64,000 nt of DNA from Orbicella franksi (taxonomy: Eukaryota): NCBI GenBank assembly GCA_964199315.1, contig OZ116700.1, positions 4,154,001 through 4,218,000 on the forward strand, in the 5' to 3' direction. The translations under genes were made by a program, and so were the position numbers. A model generated the notes under the pieces. The model saw only the letters and a program-made list of their open reading frames with translations. It made no database searches and was not told where the DNA came from. This document shows, in pieces, positions 25,361 through 37,300 of this stretch. Every line of letters begins with the position of its first letter. Position 1 is the first letter of the stretch.

Positions 25361-28300
25361 CTGAAAGAAAAGATTCTTGTGAGAAAATGCTTTCTAAAAG
25401 AGGTAACTTATCGATATATAAACAAATCTGAAGACACCCTGTTTGAAAACAGCACGTACATGTACTTAAAGAAGACGTAATTGACGGGCGTTTTGCACAG
25501 GCCGGGTTATGTAAACACGAGTTAGTGGTATGTTTGGATTTTAGTGTTGGATTTATTTTGGCATATCTTTATTTATGCTGGCCGTTCTTGTCTGCAAAGT
25601 CTCGTGAATTGACATTTTTCCAATCGATCATTGCATCAAGCTATGTGAACATGCGCTATTTTATATTCAGTCTTGAAATAGAGTTCATAAGGGAAAAGCA
25701 AGGGGGAAAAAGATCAAAAACATTACGTAAAATTGAACAGACCGTTGCTTAGCATAAATAACAGCTTTACTTGTTTTGTTACCTTCCAGGTCAATTATCT
25801 TTTTGGTTTTCTCATTCTCCTCTGTTCCTCCTTCCTCAATTATTGACCTCAATTCAAGTTTGTGAGCATCCTCGGTGAAGAAAAGTTCTCCAAAGTGTGG
25901 CCATTTGTTGCCTAAAATGGAAGGGGGTTAAATGTGTAATAAATAACACAGGATCAATAAATATATGCTATCTGCGATTTTCAAAGGCTGAAATAATCGT
26001 AGAAAACGTTCTCTTTGTTTAAGGATTTATATACTTATGAAAAACAGGGTTGAAAGAGAGATGAAAAACCTCATAGTCTTTTTGCACTTTAAATTGTCGA
26101 ACTGAAAAGAGCATTGCTCGACGATCCAAATATGGCAGTAAGTATATACCACATGTTCCAACAAGAAAGATGGAAACATTTGAGTTACACTGGTAAACGT
26201 GACCCTCACGTTCCTAAATCTGTCGATAATACAACCCACATCCATTTCTAGTGCAATACTGTAGGAGTTTCTTTAAGGTGGCCGAACACAGTTTTCGCGC
26301 GCGCTTTTGCTGATGCAATTCAGCGCGCGCACAAGGATTGAAAAACAAACATTGTTTCAATAGAGCGATCATTTTATTTACTCAACACCCGCACAAAATG
26401 CGCTATTTTTCTCCATTATTGAACGCAGTGTATTGATGCCTTTAGTCTTTTATTACAAAGCTATGTTAGAAAAGGTAACGACGCAAAGAACCCAGCAATT
26501 CTCAGCTTTTTCTTTGTTACCGAAAGAACCCAGTTAAATGCAGCGCATGCGCAGTTGCTCGAAAAATTGAGACCGATTACTTTTGCAGAAACTTGCCGAT
26601 TTCTAACGATCCAGTTGTTAGAATTTCAAGAAATTTGGCAAAATAATAATTCAGAAACCACGTAAATGATCTATCGCAAAAAATCTGAATTTTGACATAA
26701 GGAATTTTTAATAATACAGAACATGCAGTGAAAACGATTTACGGCGAATTACGAAAGTCGCCTACGTCAAAATTTTATTAGAACAGTGTTGACAGAAGGG
26801 ATTTAATGTCAATTCATAGTGGGCAAATGATGAAAAAAATCCAACGACTGAATTTTTTTAAATAAACAAAAACCATTTTTTAAGCCGTGTTTTCAACCAG
26901 CCCCGTTGCCATGGCAACAGCACTCACCTTAGCCAAAATGTGAGAATACACCCTTCTGTGGTTAACCTTGACTCTTACAAAAAACGGGCGCCAAAGCATA
27001 AATAGCTTTAAAATAATGGTGAATTAGGCAGAGGCTCTTGAAAACTGTGTTCGGCCACCTTAACTTAGGTTGCCCTCGGTGTGTAAAAATTCAGTGCATC
27101 TTCATTTAAGTCCCTCTCAAATGATACGAGGGAATTTTTGGAAGTGGAGTAAAAACCATCAGCTAACTGACGCTGTCGCAGCAAATTACCTTTCTTTGAG
27201 TGAAGGAATACTTTTACTCCGCTGCAAAACTTTTCCACGGCTCGTCTTTGATGGAATGTTCTTGTAAGTCTGGGGAATTCGGGGAACAACATCCGGTAGT
27301 TGAATGCGAGTGCTGATGCTAGGATACTGCCTGTCACGTGAGCATGGGGTAACTCACTCAAGGAGTAATGGTCGCCAGGGCAAACGAGCATGGTTGTGCC
27401 TCCATCTACCAGCTGGCCCCATACTTCCTCAGCGCCATATACCGAAGAAATCTCGCCCATGAAGCGGTCGCTTTGGGCTTTGAGGTAGGTGAGAGCACCA
27501 CGATAGCGGACCTAAAGATCGAAAGAAGAGGTTACGTATGATTTGACATGCTACCCGTCCAAGAAATGCTATTTCTACCATATGGTTAGCTCAGTTGGTA
27601 GAGCGCTAGCGCCAGACTGCTGTGCGGAAGGTCGAGGGTTCGAATTCCAGACCGGACCAAAACTCAGGGTCTTAAATAACTGACGAGAATGTGCTACCTT
27701 TGTAATTACATCTGCAAATTGATAGACATTCAAGTCTTCTCGGATAAGGACTATAAACTGAAGGCCACGTCTCCTGCCTCTTAAGCGTTACGTGGTTAGC
27801 AGGGGACGTTAAAGAACCCACGCACTTATCGCAAAGAGTAAGTCACGGAGTTCCCGGTGTTGTGGTCTGGCCTTTTCTCACGGGTTGGTGCTTCACATAG
27901 GGTTAGCCGCATTGCGTCTTTTCCCCGTGGACAGAATTGTCCAAGAAAAATGGTTACGTCTATGTCTTACACTGTTGGAAGTTCTGCGTCAAGGCGTTAA
28001 TTGGATTAGTTGTTCCTTACACGACTCCGTTATATTGGGTTGAATCAATACAAATCAATTGTCCCATACCTCAGCAGGCTGCCATTCTTTGAATGTTCTA
28101 AAAGAAACGATCTGGTTTTTTAGAAGAGCTTCCCTGAGTGCCCTCAAATTGTAGTTAGCGAAACCCTTCTCAACGCTTCGTCTCTGCAGTTCATCTATGA
28201 CCCAGTCTTGAGTGTGCATCTCCCTCAAGGTTTTGAATTCGTCAGCCTCCATCTTTAAAGAATCTACGGCCAGTTTTGTCAGAAAGTTCTCAAAAGAAAG

Positions 28301-31300
28301 CTGTCAGGAAAACAACAAATCTATTAATTTTTATTTGCTCATCGATTATTGGCATATATGCAAACATTTTTATTAACCTTAAACAATAGGAAATAGCGCT
28401 AGCTTACTGGATGACGTGGTGAATGTATATAAGACACATGTGAACTGCGGTTGATACATAAAACGAAAAGGTTTGGTGGATTCGAAACACCGGCGCGTTG
28501 CTCTACCCAACTGAGGTACGAAGCGTTGATAATGCGCACAAGGTAACAAGGCTTCACAGCTCAGTTGCTACCCGGAAGTACGCGCCGGTATTGCAGGGAT
28601 CATGGGTTCCGTAACCTTCAGACGGTACCTATGAACTTTCTTACCATTTATGTATAACCATACAACTATTTTTCTCTTTTTTATTCTAACGCATTATTAC
28701 CAGCAACCTAAGAGGAAGTGTTCAATTTTGTTACTCAGTTGGATTTTGTTCTTCGATAAGTTAGTTTCCCTTACAGGATAATATTGAATTAGCCAGGTAA
28801 TCACTATCTTAGTTTTGCTATGAGCACTTTCCCACGAACCTGAACCTGTCGACGTTGAAATTGTTGATCAGCAACCATGGAAACCAGTCTATTGCTGACA
28901 GTCCGCGAGCGCGGATACCAAGGAAATGTGTCAATCATGGCTACAAACTCCACCCTCTGGTTCTGCTCTGTCAACAACGACGCCATTTCGTAGGCAACAA
29001 GCCCCCCGTAGGAATATCCGCCAAGAAAGTACGGTCCATGACGCTGCTCCTCGCTGATCAGTTGAACGTAATGTGCAGCAAGTTCACGGACTCCACCCCA
29101 GTCCTTACTCACTGCTGTTGGGTCAGTATAGCCCAGTGCATAGAAGGATACCAAATCCTAATATGGGGTAAGGAAAAATGTCCATTTAACAAATTTACGT
29201 CAGTTTTTCATGCGTCTGTCCTGTTATTGATCATGAATTTCGCATTAACATTGTTAAAATAGCTGTGGATCCACGACGCGATAGCCGACTGGATCCGCAG
29301 GCTACTTTGACAATATTATGACGAAATTCATTGTCAATAACAGGGCAGACGATTGAAAAACTGATGTCAATTTGTTTTTTACAATAAAAAATTCGTCAAA
29401 TTGTCCGCTCTCGCTCGTCGCGTCAACATCTCATAAATTATAAATTCACGAGTCGTCCTTCTTATCCACAATGAAAAATAGCCAATGAGCACGCGCGAAT
29501 TTCTGCAGTTATTGTAAAAATTACACTCACACACATAAAACAAGCGGCCCCATGCCCCACTGGGGGCAATGAGTATTGGTGATGACACATAAAACAAATA
29601 GCTGAACGTGACACTGTCGGGTTAACTGAAATCACCCTTTGGCCAATTTCTTCCAAAGTGTAGTCCACTTTGCACCAAATCATTTTTATTGGCTGCTTTC
29701 AGGTAGCTAAAACGTGTATCACATGTGGGCCAATTGCAATTCGTTATTTGAAGAGCCGATGAGTGCAGCGTTTGCCTGGCAAGTTACAATGGTATAAAAC
29801 TAACCTTCACTGTCAGTCAACATACCTCACTTAGAAGTGGCTGTTAGGGTTAATACCCTTTTAAATACTTAAGAATTGATTAAATAAGGTTGCACACCAT
29901 GTACGTCATTCGAGTGTTAAAACGAACGTTTTATTGGTAGACCGAGTATTGAGTGGAAAAAATGGAACAGGAAGCTGGCGCTTTTCTTGTGCGGAAACAA
30001 AGTACAATGTACAAGAGCCAACTACGTAGGGGGTATCGCTGCTTTCGGTATATACGAGATGTAGGGAGACAAGTAGAAGTAGAATGATGAATATGAGACT
30101 TAAATAACGTCAATACATATTAGCTGGGAGTCACCTGGCCTTCAAATCCCGTAGAAATCGCTGCCAGATTTAACGCATAATGGTGTGACGGATGTACACA
30201 GAAGAACTTGATAGCTGCGCCCGCAGGAGTGTACAGCGGTACAACTTGAATCTGACTCTCTGACATGACAGCAGATGGGGATGCGTCGGTCAGCGCAGGC
30301 TGTGTTTGCGCAGGCTCATTTTCTAGGTTGACGTTATTTTGAAGTTGTTCACCAGGTGCTTCTCCGCCAAGCTTGGCCATGACGTCTTTTGCAATTTTAA
30401 GTACGGTCGTATCAGGCTGCATAAAGTAGAAAATCTGAAACAAGAGCACCGTTTGTATCTCGTCAATTTGTGCAAAAAAGGTTAGTACGAAAATTCCGAA
30501 GGTGAATTGGAAGTGGTTATTCTGCTAATGGCAACTCAGATAGGTAAACCCGAGAACTGAAGTCCTCCTTAAACCAATCAACTGGTAAGTTGATATATTT
30601 TCCCACGCCTCACTGATCATATAGCGGAAATATAGACATTAATCATCCAGTGAGTGTTATTGCAACACACCTCAAAAGAAAATTGCAAATTGGCTTCAAA
30701 CTGCATTTTCAAGGTCAGTGCCCCAGCTGAGTCGAGACCATAGTTGTACAAGCTCTTGTTGAGATCTACCTCAGAACCCGAAGGCATTCCTGCCCATTTA
30801 GTCATTAGTACGCCTACGTATTCCATGACCAGTTCGCGTCTTTTTTCTTCATCTTTCTCTAGCGTGATGTTTTGCGCCAGGGAATCTGACGAATGCGTCT
30901 GAATGTCAGAATCCTTAATTTCAGCTTTGATCAGCGACATTCTGGGCGTCTTCTTTAGCCCGACAAGACTTCTCATGCAGCGAGGCCAGTCCACACCACA
31001 CAGGGTAATTTGAAAGCGGCTCGGTTCCTCAGTAAGAACTTTGGCCATGTGTTTGACTCCTGTGTAAATATTTCAGAATTTAGAAGGTACAACTTTAATA
31101 TAACGTATACGGTTTGAACACCAAACTAGAAGTCCTTGTAGTGGGATTGAGTGAAAGTATTCTTGAGAAAGACGTACGCTCCGACAACCCGAGTAATAAT
31201 AGCCATCTTGAAAATAAGAAAAAGAATGGTGACTTAGTCTGAATACGACTGCCTTTCTTACTATCGTTCATGTTATGAAAATGCCAGACTTTGAGAACAG

Positions 31301-34300
31301 TCTTTTGCATGACTGCGCTAATCAGACAATCACTCTGGGGCAAAAACGTGTGGTAATGTAGGTTGCAACGACGCTTTGCTGCCAAACAGTTTTAAAAGCA
31401 ATCCATAGCACGCTTTTCGTCCTTCAGTATTTAGCGGAGTTCTCATACCCGCTAATGCTCAGAAGACGAGAACAACAGGGCCGTGCAATTAAGACAACCC
31501 GTCTAGCGACAGCTTCGGCTATTAATTTTTGTATTTGAAATTTTGATCCGAATACAGATAAACGGAAGGTTAACCCTTTTTGCAGCCCGTTTGAGAATAT
31601 TGAGATATCGTGATAATGTTTATTAGGTCTTAGTGAAGAAATATCGTACCATCTCTGGCATGGATAAAGCCAAGTCCCCCTATGCTCATCAATTTGGCCA
31701 CTTTGGAATCTCGTTCCATCACACCAGCTCCACTGATTGGTCCCCAGTTTATCGCCAATCCGGGTAGACCGAGCACCTGTCTTCGGTACTGGGCAAGAGA
31801 ATCTTGAAAAGCATTGCAAGCCGAGTAAGAGCATTGCCTCGCGTTACCGAAGACCGAGGCCATGGATGAAAACATGATGAAGAAATCCAGATCCATTTCC
31901 AAGCTCATTTGGTGAAGTAAGAAGGAACCTTGCAACAAATCGAAAACTGTTACCATAATGATTCTAGTAGTCCCCGCTGCATAACGTAACTTTTAAGAGC
32001 TCAACAAAAGGCGCTCACTAAGAATGTGGCGCATTTTGAAAAACGTATGTCGAGGCTCTAAAAGGACTCATTAAGGACATCCAGTAGGCATACCTCAATG
32101 AAACGTTCTTGTTTACTTGTAAAGGGCACCCAAAATAGTTTGAAAACGGACTTGTTAAGCGGTGAGCCTAACCAACCACTCACGAACTTGATGACTGCTT
32201 ATTAGAGTAGAAAGGTGGACGCTAATAGAGATATAAGAGAACACAGTAACTCATTATGGAATCTTACCTTTTATCTTAGGACCCATGGAATCAGTGAAGC
32301 CCTCAAACGTGAAATCTTTGACATACTCATCTCTTAGAACCATGGCAGTGATCACGATGCCAGCCACACTTGGAAGAGATTGAAGGCGCTCTTTAAGGGA
32401 CGCCATTTGCTCTTGGTTGGAAATGTCAATCTGTTAGAAACAAAAATATAAAACACTGTTTGGAATTTCATCACCTTGCGTGAAGGTGTCTAAGTTTTAC
32501 ACCTGGGTTTATTCAAGTCACATTGCCTGTGATTCAACAAAGCAGCTTGCCTTTCGCTAACATTCAAACTTGTTAGCCTCGTTTTGCGCGTGGTGAACGT
32601 CTAACAAATAAAGGTTTTTGGGTGTGATAATGAAATACTGATTAAATAAAAAATAAATTAACTTTGTTTAACGAGGGTAACACACAACAGTTTTAACGAC
32701 TGACAAAGCCGTGGCCCTCGAATTACCGATCGAATTGGAATTTAGAAATGTTGATTCTTGTGGAGGGGGGAAAACCAGAGAACCCGGAGAAAAAAACAAG
32801 AGCAAGAACGAGAACCAACAACAAACTCAACCCACTAATGACATCGGGTCCAGGATTTGAACCCGAGTCACATTGGTGGGAGGCAAGCGCTCTCACCACT
32901 GCGCCACCCCTGCTCCCCAGGTTACCTGGAACATATGTATCTTTGCGCCGGTCCTCCTCTCTATCTTTCTTACTTCTTCACATTTGGCATCGGAGGGCTT
33001 TGAACGGCCAAGAAGTCCAATAGACTTTGCTCCATTCTCCACCATCCAGCAGGCCACTTCAAATCCATATCCTCGAATCCCCCCTGCCACCAAGTACGTT
33101 CTGTCATCTTTCAGGCCACATTCATCTAAACCACACGGAAGAACAGGAATCTTGTCTAGATCACTACTTTCTCCAGACGATGGAAACGCGTGAATTTGAA
33201 AGGAAATACTTGAGGAGGCTTTTATTTCATGTTGTGGAGATGATTGTTTGTCGAGGGAAGTGTTTACGACTTTAATTGCTGTTGCCAAGTCTATAGAAAC
33301 TATCTGCACTGCTAGAAGCTTTTCCAGGACTTCGTTGCCTTCCAACAAATCAAGACTTGCTAAACTGAGCTTTTCGTAAACCTGAGGAGACTTGAGAATG
33401 TCTGTCATGTCTTCTCTCTCATATCTGACATTTGTAGCTGCTGTAAATACGAGATCGCCAGTAAACTCGGAACTCAAAATTAGAACTTTTCCTCCTCGTT
33501 TGAGAGAACGACAACTTTCTTGAAGAGCATTTGGAGCAGGTGGGTAAAAAAATAAAACGGCGTCGAAGCTTTGAAAAGAATCATCATCGAAGCCAGAGGA
33601 ACCTTGATGAACCACACTTTCCGCACCCAACTCAAGAAGAAGGGCTTTTGTAGACGTTTGGCAAGTGTCAGGAACGGTGCAAAATGCTCTGTGTCCGAGT
33701 GTTTTTGCAAGGGCAACTGCGGCTGGCCCAGGGCCACGGTTGGCTTCATGTATCAGTAGTGACTGATTTTCTTCTCCTGATGCTACTCTTTGAAGAGCAT
33801 AGGAAGCTATGGCTAGGCACGCTGGGATGTAAGCTGCTTGTTCCTTTGTCAGGCCGGTTGGTTTTACGAACATGTTATTGACTTGAATGGTAAGGGAAGA
33901 GGAAACCCGTCCAGAGGCGACGACACCACACACCTCGTCTCCAATCTGTACATGAGACTTCCTGCCCTCCCCAGTGAGGTCAGTCACCTTTCCAACAACG
34001 AAGACACATCCTTTTGGTTTGGCTACATCAATCAGTGATTCCGAGGGTGTCCAGCAATATAGGAGATCTACTGTAAGCTCAGAGTTGGATGGCTTCGACA
34101 GACTCTTCTCGCGCAGGCAGAGCGTTGTTGACGAAGGGATACATGATAAGTACAATGAACCCTTCTTCTTGCTTTCCATTTTCTGGTTTGTCGGTTTCTC
34201 TGGAGAAAGTTTTGTCCTGACCATGCGATTTATAAAACGTTTTCCATCTCGAAAGGCCACCTCTTCTTCAATGCTCTCACCCAGTATCTCCTCAGCCAAT

Positions 34301-37300
34301 GAATCTACCTCGAGCATATCCACTTTGTTACTGAGGTCAACAGATATCATCCTGATGTCAAACTCTTCCAGGCGTGCTGTTCGTCGAAAACCCCAGACTG
34401 TAGAACTCCACGGGATAGTACTGGCAGACGTCGGACAGGCGTTCAAGAGCTGTGTACGTTCGGTGACGAAGAAAAGTCGAGAACGCAACCACTCCTTCTC
34501 CATCAGAAGTTTGAGCAAGAAGACAGAACTGCCCAGGGCAAGGCGTTGAGATTGATCGATCACGTCCAAGTTCTCCGGCAGAAGGTTCGTTTCCACAGGC
34601 CACGTGTTCACGACCCTAAGGTTGGATAATTGGTCAGGTGGTATGCCCGCAAAGGCCGCTGTAATTGCTTCCTCTGCTTCGATGTTGAAACATCGAGCAT
34701 TTGGCAGATCAACTGTGACGAAATTGACTTTAGCTGCCTGAAGTCTTGTGATTAAGGCATCTGAGAGGACAGAGGAATCTTTCAGCACAATGCAAGTCGG
34801 ATTTTGGGTGGTTTCCTTCTTCCTTGGTAAAACAACCTCCATCCACTCTTCTTCATAGGCAAGGTCATCAAAGGAAAATGGACGTTCTGTGCTAGTCAAC
34901 TCTGTAGCACGAAAGTCACTTATTTTAAGTAACACTTTTCCGGATGGACTCATGAGGGTAACATCAAATTTTCCAAACGTGGTGATATCTGCAGTCACGT
35001 GGCAGTACAACTGTTTGGTAGATGGCACGTCCCTCAGCGTAATGCTCTTGAAACCCACTGGCACCAAGGACGTATCTTCAGTTAACAAGTTTCCAATGGG
35101 AATAAAAGAGGATTGAAGGCAGGCGTCTAAAATGCAGGGATGGACAACATAACTTTCAGCTTCTGCTTGAATAGCTGGTAGTTCACTGATGTCAATCAAG
35201 CAGAGTCCCTCGTTATCGCGCTGCCATATTTCTTTAATGAGGGAGAAAGTTGGTCCATAGTTAAATCCCAGCTTTTTGGATGTTTCGCTGAAGCGCTGTG
35301 TTGTCATTTTTGTCATACTTGTCAACCGCTCCTCTAAAGCTGGACCAATCTCGTCGAAAGCTATGTACATTGAAAAAGACTAAAAGATTCAATATATGAC
35401 TAGACTAATGAGAGATACCTTGAACACTTTGAGCAGTTTTCAATTTATGGTGATTATCCTGTCAAGTGGTGTAAATATATAAATGGGTTTTAACAGGTTT
35501 TCATTTTCCAACAGTATATTTAACTACAAAATTACACTGGACAACAATTATGACACCATTTTAATAACACATAAAAGATACCAACAATAATAAAACAACA
35601 AAGACAACAGCAATATATAGCAATATATAAGCACAATTTTTAGGTTGGTTTACCAAGGTGTTCGAAAAAGTTTCAACTATAGTAATACCTTTGCCTTCAT
35701 AATGTTCGCGTCTGTGCAGCAGATCCAAAGAAATGTTCCCGCTGCTCAGAGTAATCTCTGACTGGTCATCCTGTAAGCTTGTAATGTAGAACTGAGCCTT
35801 ATCAATTTTGTCCTCCTTTTGGAAACGTAATCGTAACCGTCTAACCTAAAAAAAACATGGAGAGAATTTAGCCAATTGTGGTATATCATTTGCAGTATTT
35901 ATATTTTGCGAGAAAAATATTTAAATTCGACACACTCTTTCCATTTTGCGCACTTAATGCTATCTACCTGCGTTTCGGGCAAGGTGAGAAGATTCAAAAG
36001 CTTCACATCAGTAAGTTCAATGCAAGCAACATCTACGAACTTGTCCTTCGCCATAGCAAAGGCCATTTCCAGGTAAGCAGCTCCAGGCATCACAGCACCT
36101 CCCTGAATAAGAGCATGATCCTTTAAAGTAGGAAAACGATAGAGGTCAATCTCAGTCTCCCAGCAATGTAGGCCTGAATACAGTTCGGTCATTTTCACTT
36201 GTGCTAGAAAAGGATGGGCTCGCTTCTCTGTGGTTTCCTTAGCACCAATTGGGGTAATTATGGTTTGAAGCGGAATTTCCCTGTACCAAAATTTCTTTTC
36301 TAGCCATGGGTAGTTAACGGAACGGACAAACCTGGCTGAAGGATTCTTCTGTACATAAGACCAATCTATGGGTAATCCCATTGTATACAGTCTACAAACT
36401 GTGTTCTGAAGAAAGCACCGGTGTTGGCCTTTGACAGGTACTCTCTTGCGAGGAAGAGTTGCAACGACAACTGGAGTTTCTTGCTTATTAAGATTCTCTT
36501 GACTAGCAATCTGTTTCACATAGTGGGCTAAAATAGGCTGCGTGCTAATCTCAATAATCTGCTTGAAACCATCGTGTATCAGGTGCTTCATTGCTTGATA
36601 GAATTGGACTGGACAGCGAATATTGCGCCACCAATAATCGCCGTTAAACTTCTGACCTGAGAGAACGTCACCCTCAACGGTAGAGTAAACAGGAATTTTC
36701 GACAATTGCGGGTTTAGCTTGACACGTTTCATGGTTGCTTGAAAAGGCTTTCTGATGGTTTCCATATGTGCACTGTGGAAAGCACGCTTTGTTCCAAGAA
36801 CGCGCCAGAAAGTATCTTTGGCGTGGATTTTAAGGTGTTGACCCAATGCTTCGATTGATTGGGCTTCCCCAGACACTGTGACGCTCTTTGCATCATTTAC
36901 TGCGGCGATGTCAAGTGTAGCACTTAACTTCAGTTCGATAAGTAATGCCGTGGCGTCTTCCTCGGACATACCCAGAGCCGCCATACCACCATTATTGGGA
37001 GATTTTTCTTGCACAGTTGAGCGGGCCAGCACCAATTGAACAGCTTCCTCGACTGTTATGATCCCAGCAACACAGGCCGCTGCAATCTCTCCTAAACTGT
37101 GACCAATGACGGCGGATGGATGGATTTTCCAGGACATAAGCAGACTTGCTGTTGCGTACTGGACAGCAAAAGTGGCTGGTTGTGCAATGTAATTCTCCGA
37201 AATTCTTGAAATGTCCTCTGGCGCCATCAGCTCCTCCATCAGCGACCACTTTACACCAAGCTCATTGAGTAAATTACTCACCGTCAAAACAGCTTCTCTG

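Noticed and set aside
27587-27660. Possible tRNA gene
   Set aside because: A and B boxes are present but there is no consistent cloverleaf acceptor stem, and it continues into a SINE body.
32748-33023. [19 protein letters not shown]...
   Set aside because: Antisense translation of the SINE at 32650-32917 running into the PKS exon.
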